Shown piece by piece: positions 11,206-21,632 of a stretch of DNA of 64,000 nucleotides. The stretch is from assembly GCA_037444405.1 (NCBI GenBank), contig JBBIML010000007.1:180674-244673 (forward strand), in the 5' to 3' direction. Made by a program: the position numbers and the translations under genes. Position 1 is the first letter of the stretch; each line of letters opens with the position of its first letter. The stretch is from Armatimonadota bacterium. GTDB taxonomy: Bacteria > Armatimonadota > Fimbriimonadia > Fimbriimonadales > GBS-DC. The notes below the pieces were generated by a model. It saw nothing but the letters and a program-made list of their open reading frames with translations. It did not search any database and had not been told where the DNA came from.

Positions 11206-11300
11206 AGGCATCCTGCCCGTGAGGTGTATGGGCAAGATGCCCAGACTGCCGTAGCACGGGCATTCTGCCCGTGAAACTGGTGAGCAAGACGCTCTGGCTA
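11206..11300. repeat. GTAG-type REP cluster (GGGCATCCTGCCC family)
   Basis: Alternating units ggcatcctgcccgtg / gggcaagatgccc / GTAGcacgggcattctgcccgtg / gagcaagacgctc. Confidence 0.75.
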
Positions 11301-11308
11301 TGCTGCAA

Positions 11309-12205
11309 TCAGTTATAACCAGCGGACAGACCCCACATCGGCCAGTCTTTGCCGCACTGCATCTGGCTCGTAATCGTCCATGCCATTCCCCCGGGGAAGT
11401 ACTGGAGAGGACTGGGGTCGCATCCGCCTGTGCCAACGCCTGCAGGTGGCGATTTTGCCAGAAAGTCGCGGGCGTTCAGCCACTTCGCGTGCCCGTCCAC
11501 AAACACCAGCACGATGCCTTCCATATGAGGCACGGCTTTCTTATCGGGTGGACGGCTGGTATCGTCGGAGCCGAACCACCATCGACGCCACAGGTGCTGG
11601 TGCGCCATCGGGTAGGCGATTCGGTAAGGGCTGTTCTGCTGGGGCGAATAGACATAGTGGCGCACGCCGGGGAACTTGTCTTCCATCACCAGCATCGTCT
11701 CGGCGGGCCACTTGATGCCTGCCATCGTACCGCCCAGGAAGGAGTTGCGATAGTCGTTGGCGCCGCTCCAGGTATTGGTCGCGCCTGTGATGTGCAGCGC
11801 CAGCGCATAGCCGCCGTCAAAAATCTCGGCGTTCTGCTCCCACGCTGTACGATCATATTGGCGGCTGGGGCAGAAGAATATCTGAATATTTTTGACATAC
11901 GGCCAGATCCAGTATTGCCACTTATAATGGTTGACGCGCTGACCGTAGGGTCCGCTGCAGCCGACGGCGTTCGGTTGATAGGGAATGCGATTGGGAGCGA
12001 TGCAGTCGTCCATGCGCGGAAAAGTTTCGTCCCAGTCATTCAGGTACATCTGGAGTCCCATCCCGATCTGGCGACAGTTAGAGACGCACTGGGTCTGGCG
12101 CGCCTTCTCACGCGCCTGGGCAAACACCGGAAACAGAATGGCAGCCAGGATCGCGATAATCGCGATGACGACCAGTAGCTCAATCAGTGTGAAGCCTTTT
12201 TTCAT
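11309..12205 (-). CDS. Prepilin-type/H-X9-DG domain protein (DUF1559-like)
   Basis: [51 protein letters not shown]. Confidence 0.92.
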   Translation of the reverse strand: MKKGFTLIELLVVIAIIAILAAILFPVFAQAREKARQTQCVSNCRQIGMGLQMYLNDWDETFPRMDDCIAPNRIPYQPNAVGCSGPYGQRVNHYKWQYWIWPYVKNIQIFFCPSRQYDRTAWEQNAEIFDGGYALALHITGATNTWSGANDYRNSFLGGTMAGIKWPAETMLVMEDKFPGVRHYVYSPQQNSPYRIAYPMAHQHLWRRWWFGSDDTSRPPDKKAVPHMEGIVLVFVDGHAKWLNARDFLAKSPPAGVGTGGCDPSPLQYFPGGMAWTITSQMQCGKDWPMWGLSAGYN

Positions 12206-12295
12206 CGTACGAGACCTCCTGCAGTTTGCATGATACCCCAATCGGCTGTTAAGGCTTTGTCAAGAGGTTGGTGCGGGCAAGGTATACTCCTGCGG

Positions 12296-12979
12296 GTGAA
12301 GGTGCGCTGGTTGTGGCTGGGGTTGCTTCTGGGGCTGACGGGCTGCGCACGGTTCCCCTCCACTCCTGCGGGGGCGGGTGTGCGCCGACTGGTGGTGGAA
12401 CTGCGGGTCGAAGGGCGTATCCGACCTGAATATACCTACTTCGTGCTGTTTAATCTCAGCAACGACCCCACGGGTCAGCAGGGACCCATTCCGGTGGTGA
12501 CCCGTCCGTGGGGCAACGGCTTTGCGGCGGGCGCGTTCACCCATTTTATGCGCTTCGATTCGACCCAGCCGCAGGGCGGCTACGGGCTGTATCGCGTGGT
12601 GGAAGGCTCCAACCTGCTCAATTTTGTCTATATCGGTGCGCCGCGCGTGTCGGAGCCTGTGGGCGCAAACAGTAATCGCCTGCGCTTCGAGATTGATCTG
12701 ACGCAGTTCATTCCCGACCCTGACGCCGCGCGTGCGATGACCTATGTTCAGGTGAACTTTATCGCGACGGATCGTGTGCCGCTGGACCCGAACGACCCGA
12801 CACCGAAAGCGTGGGACGCGCTGGGCGACAGTCGCGTGGAGATCAACCGCTATCTGAACATTCGCATCGATCAGAACCGCATTTTTCGGAATGCGGACAC
12901 GGGGATTGAGGTATCGGGCGATGTGGCGGATCCCGATCTGGATATTGTAGACTGGCGGATAGAGGTTCGGACGCTATGA
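12296..12979 (+). CDS. Hypothetical lipoprotein
   Basis: GTG start 7 nt after TATACT; lipobox LLLGLTGC. Confidence 0.75.
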   Translation: MKVRWLWLGLLLGLTGCARFPSTPAGAGVRRLVVELRVEGRIRPEYTYFVLFNLSNDPTGQQGPIPVVTRPWGNGFAAGAFTHFMRFDSTQPQGGYGLYRVVEGSNLLNFVYIGAPRVSEPVGANSNRLRFEIDLTQFIPDPDAARAMTYVQVNFIATDRVPLDPNDPTPKAWDALGDSRVEINRYLNIRIDQNRIFRNADTGIEVSGDVADPDLDIVDWRIEVRTL

Positions 12980-15333
12980 AGGGGGAGCGGCTCTCGCGTC
13001 TGGAGGTGCTGCGGGGTTTACGCTGGGCAACCTGGGATGCGGTCTTCTTCACGCTGTATGTGGCGTTGACAGGGGGCGCGTTCCAGATTGGGCTGGCACG
13101 ATTGCTGGGTGCGAACGACTTCTGGCTGGGTGTGATCACCGCTGTGCCTGCGCTCACGGGCGCGATCCAGTTTCTGACGGCGTACCTGGCGGATGTGTCG
13201 CCCAGCCGGCGCCGGCTGGTGCTGCGCTATGCGTTCTGGTCGCGCCTGCCGTGGGTGGCGATTGCATCGCTGCCAATTCTTGATAAGTCTCTGCCCCGCA
13301 AGGAGCTGTTCGTCGCGCTGCTGATTCTCTCGGCGGTGTTCGGCTCCATCGCGGCGCCGGCGTTTCTGGCGTGGTTGACCGATCTGGTGCCGCCCGATCA
13401 GCGGGGGCGCTATTTTGGCAGGCGCAATATGATTCTGGGGCTGGTATCGGCTGCGGCGGCGTTGCCTCCCGCGCTGTTTCTGGATCAGGCGGTGAAGTAC
13501 CATCGCTTTCCGCCGGAATACGGGTTCGCGGTGCTGTTCACGCTGGGCGCGCTCTGCCTGTTTCTGTCGCTCTGGTCGCTCTCGCGGATGCCAGAGGCGC
13601 CGCGCGAGCCGTCTCCACAGCGGGGTCTGCGCGGGCTGATGGCGTTCTACCGCGAGCCGTTTCGCAGCCCTAACTTCCGCAATCTCATGATGTTCAACAT
13701 CACCTTCGTGTTCGGGCAGATGTTCGCGGGGCAGTTCTTCACGGTCTATATGCTGGAGCAGATACGGATGCCCTACCTGATGGTGCAGATGGCGGGTCTG
13801 GTGGCGGCGCTGTTCAGCAGTTTGAGCATGCCGCTGTGGGGCTATCTGGCGGATAAGTTCGGCAATCGCCCCCTGCTGTTGCTCGCTGTCTGGGGTGTGG
13901 TGTTTCTGCCGTGGTTGTGGCTATTGACCCATCCAGAGCGTTATGGGTGGAGCGTGGGCGTGATTATGGGCATTCAGGTGCTGGCAGGCTTTTTGTGGGC
14001 AGGTGTCGGCTTGACCCAGTTTAATTTGAATGTGGCGGTGGCGCCAGCGGAGCAGCGGGCGCTCTATATGGGTGCGCTGTCGGCGGTGGTGGCGGCGGTG
14101 AGCGGGTTGGCGATGCTTTTGAGCGGCACGCTGATGGAGCTGATGCGCCCGCTGGTGGCGGACCCGTATCGATTTTATGTGCTGTTCGGCGGCGCGTCGC
14201 TATTTCGGCTGCTCTCGTTGCCGTGGCTGGCACGGGTGCATGAGCCGGAGGGGATGCCCACGCGCTATGTGGTGCAGCGGTTGCGCTCGTCGGTGCGTCC
14301 GCGCGGCTGGCTGGCGATGCGCCAGTTGCGTCGCCGCGCGGATGAGAGCGGGCGCCTGCACGCCATTCGCACGCTGGCGGAGCAGAAGACCGCGCTGGCG
14401 GTGGAGGAGCTGGTACATGCGCTGCGCGACCCGTCGGGCGCGGTGCGGCGTGAGGCGGCGCGGGCGCTCGGCGCAATCGGCGACCCGCGCGCTATCCCCG
14501 CCCTGCTACAGATGCTGACCGACCCCACCAGCGATATTGCGTCCGAATGCGCCGAGGCGCTGGGCAAGATAGGCGACCCGCGCGTTGTGCCCCACCTGCT
14601 ACCCCTGCTGCAAGCTGACGCTATCGAGACACGCCTTGCGGTCGTGCAGGCGTTGCGCCAGCTGGGCGACGCGATCGCGCTCCCCGCTCTGCTCCAGCGG
14701 CTGCGCCTGTCGCCCGGACCGCTGGAGCAGTCGCGCATCATCGAAGCGATTGGCGCGCTGATTCCGCACGCAGGTGAAGCGGGCATCTCGCTTGCCGAGC
14801 TGGGAACCGTGCTGGCAGAATATTTGCAGTCGCCTCATGCAGAGGTGCGTGCCGAGTCAGCCGTTGCGCTGGCGAATCTGCCTCCTGATCCGAGTCTGAC
14901 AGACCGATTGCGCCGCCAGTTGCAGGTGGAGGCGTCGCCGGCGGTTCTGCCCGCGCTAACTCGCGCGCTCGCACGGCACGGGAGCACAGACGACATCCCG
15001 TTATTGCTGGAGGCGTTGGGGCGCAGCGGCTCGCCGCTGGCGCGTCAGCAGATTGCGCTTGCGATTGCCCACCTGCTTCAGCGGGAGGAGGCGCTCTACG
15101 CGCTGCTGACCGCCGACGAGATGCACCGCGATCGACTCATCGAGCGGGCGCTGGCGCCGCGCCTGCGCGAGCTGCCCGATCTGTCCGACGCACTGCGAGC
15201 CTACACCTATGGCGACTACGGTTCCGCCATCCAGATAGTGCTGAACGCGATGCCGCGCCATCCGCGCCTGCGCTGGTTGCACCACGCCCCGCCCACCCTC
15301 GAAAGCTGGCTGCTGACAGTTAGCCTCATCTGA
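12976..15333 (+). CDS. MFS transporter fused to a C-terminal HEAT/PBS-lyase repeat domain
   Basis: About 12 TM segments with WGYLADKFGNR motif, then repeats such as VRREAARALGAIGDPRAIPALL. Confidence 0.88.
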   Translation: MKGERLSRLEVLRGLRWATWDAVFFTLYVALTGGAFQIGLARLLGANDFWLGVITAVPALTGAIQFLTAYLADVSPSRRRLVLRYAFWSRLPWVAIASLPILDKSLPRKELFVALLILSAVFGSIAAPAFLAWLTDLVPPDQRGRYFGRRNMILGLVSAAAALPPALFLDQAVKYHRFPPEYGFAVLFTLGALCLFLSLWSLSRMPEAPREPSPQRGLRGLMAFYREPFRSPNFRNLMMFNITFVFGQMFAGQFFTVYMLEQIRMPYLMVQMAGLVAALFSSLSMPLWGYLADKFGNRPLLLLAVWGVVFLPWLWLLTHPERYGWSVGVIMGIQVLAGFLWAGVGLTQFNLNVAVAPAEQRALYMGALSAVVAAVSGLAMLLSGTLMELMRPLVADPYRFYVLFGGASLFRLLSLPWLARVHEPEGMPTRYVVQRLRSSVRPRGWLAMRQLRRRADESGRLHAIRTLAEQKTALAVEELVHALRDPSGAVRREAARALGAIGDPRAIPALLQMLTDPTSDIASECAEALGKIGDPRVVPHLLPLLQADAIETRLAVVQALRQLGDAIALPALLQRLRLSPGPLEQSRIIEAIGALIPHAGEAGISLAELGTVLAEYLQSPHAEVRAESAVALANLPPDPSLTDRLRRQLQVEASPAVLPALTRALARHGSTDDIPLLLEALGRSGSPLARQQIALAIAHLLQREEALYALLTADEMHRDRLIERALAPRLRELPDLSDALRAYTYGDYGSAIQIVLNAMPRHPRLRWLHHAPPTLESWLLTVSLI

Positions 15334-15405
15334 AAATCGCGTTTGTAAAGCGACAGGAAATCTGCGTCGTGCAGCGAAAAGCAATCCCACACGGGAGGTG
15401 CAACG

Positions 15406-16752
<1,347 letters not shown>

Positions 16753-16756
16753 TTCT

Positions 16757-16798
16757 CTCACCCCCAGTCCCCTCTCCCACGCTGTGGGAGAGGGGACT
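16757..16798. repeat. Palindromic element, CCCTCTCCC family
   Basis: cagtcccctctcccac-gct-gtgggagaggggactg. Confidence 0.85.
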
Positions 16799-16869
16799 GA
16801 ACTCTGACGCAACCGTCAAACGCTGGCGCAGCTCGCGTCAGCTTGAGCGCAAGGAGGTACAATCTCAAC

Positions 16870-17808
16870 ATGAGGCACACGCACTTTCTGACCACCAGCG
16901 CGCGGGGGTTGAACCGCGACCATCCCGCGATGAAGATGTTCCAGAAAGCCAAAAAGCTGGGCGTCTGGGACCCTGCGGCGATCGATCTGACGCAGGATCG
17001 CGCCGACTGGCAGACCTTCACCGAGGACCAGAAAGACGCCACCCTGCGCCTCATCGCGCTCTTTCAGGCGGGCGAGGAGAGCGTGACGCTCGACCTGCTG
17101 CCCCTCATTCAGGTGATTGCCCGTGAAGAGCGCCTCGAAGAGGAGATTTTTCTCACCTCGTTCCTGTTTGAGGAAGCCAAGCATGTGGAGTTTATGAGCC
17201 GCTTCCTGACCGAGGTGGCGGGCGTGCAGGGCGAAGACCTGTCGCGCTATCACACGCCGTCCTATCGCGCCATCTTCTACGAGGCGCTGCCGCAAGCCAT
17301 GTATCGCCTGCTAACGGATCCCTCGCCGATTGCGCAGGCGGAGGCGTCGGTGGTCTACAACATGATTGTGGAGGGCGTGCTGGCAGAAACGGGCTATTAT
17401 GGCTTCTACTCGGTCTATAAGCGTCGGCAGATGATGCCCGGTCTGGTGCAGGGCATCGGCAAGATGATGCAGGACGAGGCGCGCCATATCGCGTTCGGCG
17501 TCTACCTGCTCTCGCGCCTGATTGCCGAGCATGGCGACCCCGTGTGGAACGCGATTCAGGCGAAGATGAACGAGCTGCTGCCCTACGCGCTCGGCGTGGT
17601 GCAGGAGACCTTCGAGCCGTACGAGCCGAACATGCCGTTCGGGCTGGAGAAGGAGGAGTTCATCAACTACGCGATGGAGCAGTACATTCGGCGCGAGAAT
17701 CGGCTGGCGCGTGCCCGCCGCCTGAGCCTGGAACAGCTGGATCGCGAAACGGAGGAAGCCGAAGCGGAGGCTGCGGAACTCACCGCCGCGATTGTGCAGG
17801 GGGTATGA
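16870..17808 (+). CDS. R2-like ligand-binding oxidase (R2lox, ferritin-like dimetal)
   Basis: GEESVTLDLLP, EEAKH, VEGVLAETGY, DEARH ligand motifs; AGGAGG RBS. Confidence 0.9.
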   Translation: MRHTHFLTTSARGLNRDHPAMKMFQKAKKLGVWDPAAIDLTQDRADWQTFTEDQKDATLRLIALFQAGEESVTLDLLPLIQVIAREERLEEEIFLTSFLFEEAKHVEFMSRFLTEVAGVQGEDLSRYHTPSYRAIFYEALPQAMYRLLTDPSPIAQAEASVVYNMIVEGVLAETGYYGFYSVYKRRQMMPGLVQGIGKMMQDEARHIAFGVYLLSRLIAEHGDPVWNAIQAKMNELLPYALGVVQETFEPYEPNMPFGLEKEEFINYAMEQYIRRENRLARARRLSLEQLDRETEEAEAEAAELTAAIVQGV

Positions 17809-17817
17809 TACGCCCGG

Positions 17818-18567
17818 ATGCGCCGCTTCGCGATTGGTCAACCGGAATGGTCGCCGCCGCGCGTGCCCCTGCAGCTGCCGCTGGGGGCGGGCACACTCGG
17901 CTGGCTGCTGATGCTCATCCGCCGGCAGAAGCTCGATGTGCTGGAGGTCGCGCTCGCGCCGATTGCGCAGGCGTGCTATGACTACTGGCGCACGGTGGGC
18001 GATTTGGACGAGGCGGCGGACGCGCTGGCAGTGCTGGCGAACCTGATGGAGCGTAAAGCCGAACGACTGCTGAGTCCTGCGCCGCCGCCCGCCGAATCTG
18101 AAGCGGAGTCGGAACCGCTTGCCATCAGCCTGCCCGAACGGTATCAGCCCCTGATCGCCTTTTTGCAGGAGCGCGAGCAGGCACAGGTGCAAATCTTCTT
18201 TCGCGGCGAATCGCCTGACCCGGCGGCGTATGAGCTGCCGTTAGAGTGGGGTGTCGCCCTGCCCGACCAGCTCTGGCTCGCCCTGCGCCGCCTGCTTCAG
18301 CGCTGGACGCCCATGCCCGACGCCATCCCCGAACGACGCTACTTCTCCATCCACGCCTGCATGGTGGCGATTCAGGAGCGTCTACAACGCGTGAACGCGC
18401 CCCAGCCCTTCGAAGCCGTCGCCCAGCCTGCTCAAACCGTTCTGGAACTGCTGGTCTACTTTCTGGCAATGCTGGAACTGTGGCGACTGGGACGGATTGA
18501 GGTCGAACTGCAGGATGACGAAATCGTGCTTCGTCCAGCCTCGGGGTATCCTTTCGACGGATCGTGA
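17818..18567 (+). CDS. scpA: Segregation/condensation protein A (kleisin), divergent
   Basis: N-terminal LLMLIRRQKLDV and C-terminal VYFLAMLELWRLGRI resemble ScpA conserved ends. Confidence 0.7.
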   Translation: MRRFAIGQPEWSPPRVPLQLPLGAGTLGWLLMLIRRQKLDVLEVALAPIAQACYDYWRTVGDLDEAADALAVLANLMERKAERLLSPAPPPAESEAESEPLAISLPERYQPLIAFLQEREQAQVQIFFRGESPDPAAYELPLEWGVALPDQLWLALRRLLQRWTPMPDAIPERRYFSIHACMVAIQERLQRVNAPQPFEAVAQPAQTVLELLVYFLAMLELWRLGRIEVELQDDEIVLRPASGYPFDGS

Positions 18568-18591
18568 AACAGCACCAGGGAGGAGAAACCC

Positions 18592-19785
18592 ATGCGACGC
18601 ATCTATCAGCAACTGCTGCAGTTTCAGGCGGATAGATACTTTGTAACCTCGCTTTATTTGACTCTGTTGCCGCAGGAGCGTGCGGAGCGCCCGCCCGGCT
18701 ACCGCATTCGGCTCAAGACGATGGTCAATCAACTGCGCCACTGGCTGGCTGACCAGCCGATGGAGCGGGCGGTGCGCGAATCGGTGGAGAACGACTTCAA
18801 GCAGCTGGAGGCGTTCTTTGAGGAGCCGTCCAACACGTTGGGTCAGAACTCGTTGCCCGTGCGCGGGATGGCGGCGTTTGTCTGCTCAGCGAAGGGGCTG
18901 TTCGAAGCTGTACCGCTACCCTATGTGGAGCGCAACACGCTCGTGGTCGATCGCACGCCCTATGTGCGCCGCCTGATCGCGGTGGAGACCGACTTCGGCA
19001 CGAACCTGCTTGCCGTGTTCGACCACCGCGACGCGATGTTCTATCTCATAGACACGCAGGGCATTCGCGAGGTGGAATCGTTTCGGTTTCGGCGCGAGCG
19101 CGAGGTGCTGCCGCCTGGCGTCTACGCCGTGCGCATACCGGGCGGTCTGCGCGGCATTCACGGCATGGGCGAGCATAATGTGCAGATGCTCAAACTGCAC
19201 GAACAGCAGCAGCACCTGCGCCATATCGCGGGCACGATTCTGGAGATTCGGCGCACGCACCCGTTTGACCGCCTGCTGATCGCCGCGCCCGATGACCTCG
19301 CCAGCGCGTTCCCGGATTATCTGCACGACTATGTGCGCCGAATCTACGCGGGGCGCATTCCCGCCAGCGATAAAACGCCCATCAACGAACTGTACGAGCG
19401 CGTGCTGGATCGGCTGACGGAGCTGGATCGGGAGCAGGAGCAGACGCTGGTGCAGGCGTTGCAGGAGAGCGCGCCCGACCGCGTGGCGCTGGGGCTGGAC
19501 GCCGTGCTGCAGGCGCTGCTGTGGGGCAATGTGCGCACGCTCCTGTACGACACCGACTACAGCACGCCGGGTTATCTGTTCTACCCATCGGGGCTGCTCG
19601 GCATCAAAGCTGACGAAGCGCCGCCCGATACCGAACTCATCTGGCAGATGCCCGATATTGTGGACACGATGATCGAGCGCGCGCTGGAGCAGGGCGCCCA
19701 GGTGGAGCCAGTTCAGTCGGCGGAAGGGCGGGGCGCGATACGGGGCGTGAGCGCGCTCCTGCGCTACCCGATGCCCATCACATAG
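18592..19785 (+). CDS. Bacterial aeRF1/pelota-like protein (baeRF family)
   Basis: TSLYL N-domain, PYVRRL, FDRLLIA and C-terminal eRF1 domain-3 pattern (LGLDAVLQALLWGNVRTLL...GVSALLRY); no GGQ. Confidence 0.75.
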   Translation: MRRIYQQLLQFQADRYFVTSLYLTLLPQERAERPPGYRIRLKTMVNQLRHWLADQPMERAVRESVENDFKQLEAFFEEPSNTLGQNSLPVRGMAAFVCSAKGLFEAVPLPYVERNTLVVDRTPYVRRLIAVETDFGTNLLAVFDHRDAMFYLIDTQGIREVESFRFRREREVLPPGVYAVRIPGGLRGIHGMGEHNVQMLKLHEQQQHLRHIAGTILEIRRTHPFDRLLIAAPDDLASAFPDYLHDYVRRIYAGRIPASDKTPINELYERVLDRLTELDREQEQTLVQALQESAPDRVALGLDAVLQALLWGNVRTLLYDTDYSTPGYLFYPSGLLGIKADEAPPDTELIWQMPDIVDTMIERALEQGAQVEPVQSAEGRGAIRGVSALLRYPMPIT

Positions 19786-19795
19786 GAGGATTCTC

Positions 19796-21382
19796 ATGCA
19801 ACGGATTGAGGGAGTGCCCATCTACACTTTCTGGGAGCCTGTCCCGATTGCGGAGGCGATGGTGGTTCAGGATGGGCGCGTTGTGGCGGTCGGCGAGCGC
19901 GCGGAGCTGGGCGCCCGCTACCCGCAGGCGAAGCGTGTCCGTCTGGACGGCGGTGCGATTGTGCCCGCCTTCAACGATTGCCATTGCCATGTGCTGGCGC
20001 TCGGCATCGATCTGGGCAAAGCCGACCTGCGCGGCTGCACCTCCATCCCCGAAATCCAGCACCGCCTGCGCGAATGGGCAGCGCAGAACCCCGACGCGCC
20101 CTGGATTCTGGGACGCGCCTATGACCAGAACCTGCTGCAGGAGCGGCGCCACCTGACCCGCCACGAGCTGGATGCCGTCAGCCGCGAGCGACCCATCTTT
20201 CTCAACCATGTGAGCAAGCATGGCGCGGCGGTGAACAGCCGTGCGCTGGCGATAGCGGGCATCACGCGCGAGACGCCTGACCCGCCCGACGGCATCATCG
20301 TGCGGGATGAGCGCGGCGAGCCGACCGGCATCCTGCTGGAGAGCGCGGTATGGCTCGTGTCGCGCCATATTCCCAAACCCACCGGCGCGGAACTGACAGC
20401 GGCTGCCCGACGCGCGATGGACGACCTTGCGCGGCGGGGCATTCTGGCGGCGTCCGACGCCAGCACGGGCTGGCTCGACCTGCAGGAGGAGGTCAACGCC
20501 TATGTGCGTGCGCTGGAGCAGGGCGCGCCCGTGCGCCTCACGCTGATGCCCCTGTACGATGCCGCCCTGAACGCTGGCTGGCTCGACCGCCCTGAACAGG
20601 CAGGCGAGGCGACAGGCTTCTCACCCGAGCCGCCTGGTCCGCACTCCGACCTGCGCTGGGGCGCCATCAAACTTTTCGCCGACGGCGCACTCACCACGCG
20701 CACCGCTGCCGTGCGTGAACCCTATGCCGACACGGACACCACAGGCACGCTGATGTACGAACCCGACGAGCTGATGGAGCGCATTCTGAAGGTGCATCGC
20801 GCGGGCTGGCAGTGTGCTGTCCATGCGATTGGCGACCGCGCGATTGAGCTGGTGCTGCAGGGCTATCAGCGGGCGTTGCAGGCGATGCCGCGAGCCGACC
20901 ACCGCCACCGCATCGAACACGCGATGCTGATGGCGGACGACCTGCTGGAACAGATGCAGGCGCTGGGCGTGGTCGCTGTGCCCCAGCCCGAATTTTTGTG
21001 GTGGCTCACCGTCGCCTACCTGCATGCGCTGGGCGAGCGCGCGAGGGTTCTGATGCCCTATCGCAGCTGGCTGCAGCGCGGCATCGCTGTCGCCTTCAGC
21101 TCGGACCAGCCCGTGGTGCCGGGCGACCCCATCATCGGCTGGCGGGCAGCCGTCACGCGTACCAGCCGCGACGGAACCTGCCTCTTGCCCGACGAGGCGC
21201 TCGACCCGCTTACTGCCCTGCGCCTTTTCACAGTGGGGAGCGCATACGCCACGCGCGACGCCGAGCTGGGCACGCTTGCGCCCGGCATGCAGGCGCGATG
21301 GGTGCTGCTTTCTCACCCGCCCGACGAAATCGCCGTCGCCGACATGCAGGTGCTGACCACCAGCGCCCAGATAGATTCGTAG
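19796..21382 (+). CDS. Amidohydrolase, YtcJ-like
   Basis: PAFNDCHCH, KLFADGAL, HAIGDRAI, RIEHA, FSSD motifs. Confidence 0.92.
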   Translation: MQRIEGVPIYTFWEPVPIAEAMVVQDGRVVAVGERAELGARYPQAKRVRLDGGAIVPAFNDCHCHVLALGIDLGKADLRGCTSIPEIQHRLREWAAQNPDAPWILGRAYDQNLLQERRHLTRHELDAVSRERPIFLNHVSKHGAAVNSRALAIAGITRETPDPPDGIIVRDERGEPTGILLESAVWLVSRHIPKPTGAELTAAARRAMDDLARRGILAASDASTGWLDLQEEVNAYVRALEQGAPVRLTLMPLYDAALNAGWLDRPEQAGEATGFSPEPPGPHSDLRWGAIKLFADGALTTRTAAVREPYADTDTTGTLMYEPDELMERILKVHRAGWQCAVHAIGDRAIELVLQGYQRALQAMPRADHRHRIEHAMLMADDLLEQMQALGVVAVPQPEFLWWLTVAYLHALGERARVLMPYRSWLQRGIAVAFSSDQPVVPGDPIIGWRAAVTRTSRDGTCLLPDEALDPLTALRLFTVGSAYATRDAELGTLAPGMQARWVLLSHPPDEIAVADMQVLTTSAQIDS

Positions 21383-21437
21383 CCTGGGGCATCCCGCCCA
21401 GAATCGCCAGTTCGTAGTCTGGGCATCCTGCCCAGAA
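21379..21437 (+). repeat. Two tandem GTAG-type REP units
   Basis: GTAGcctggggcatcccgcccaga and GTAGtctgggcatcctgcccaga. Confidence 0.7.
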
Positions 21438-21521
21438 TCACCCCCCCTGTGTCCAGACAGAGAGCAAAATCTGGTATTTTTCACAGTCCCATCGCCCGTC
21501 AAATCGCGTTATAATAGCGGT

Positions 21522-21608
21522 GCCACTCAACCGTGGCAAGAGCAGACCGCACAGCCTTGTTACCCAACCTCCCTCTGGTGGGACTCGAAAGGGTCCCACT
21601 CTTTTTTT
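21522..21608 (+). ncRNA. Candidate small RNA of about 87 nt
   Basis: TATAAT at 21510-21515, 5' hairpin GCCAC/GTGGC, C/U-rich linker with ACCTCCCT, intrinsic terminator. Confidence 0.45.
21578..21608 (+). terminator. Rho-independent terminator
   Basis: GTGGGAC-tcgaaagg-GTCCCAC followed by TCTTTTTTT. Confidence 0.85.
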
Positions 21609-21632
21609 GCCCGTGCAAGGTACTATTAGGCT

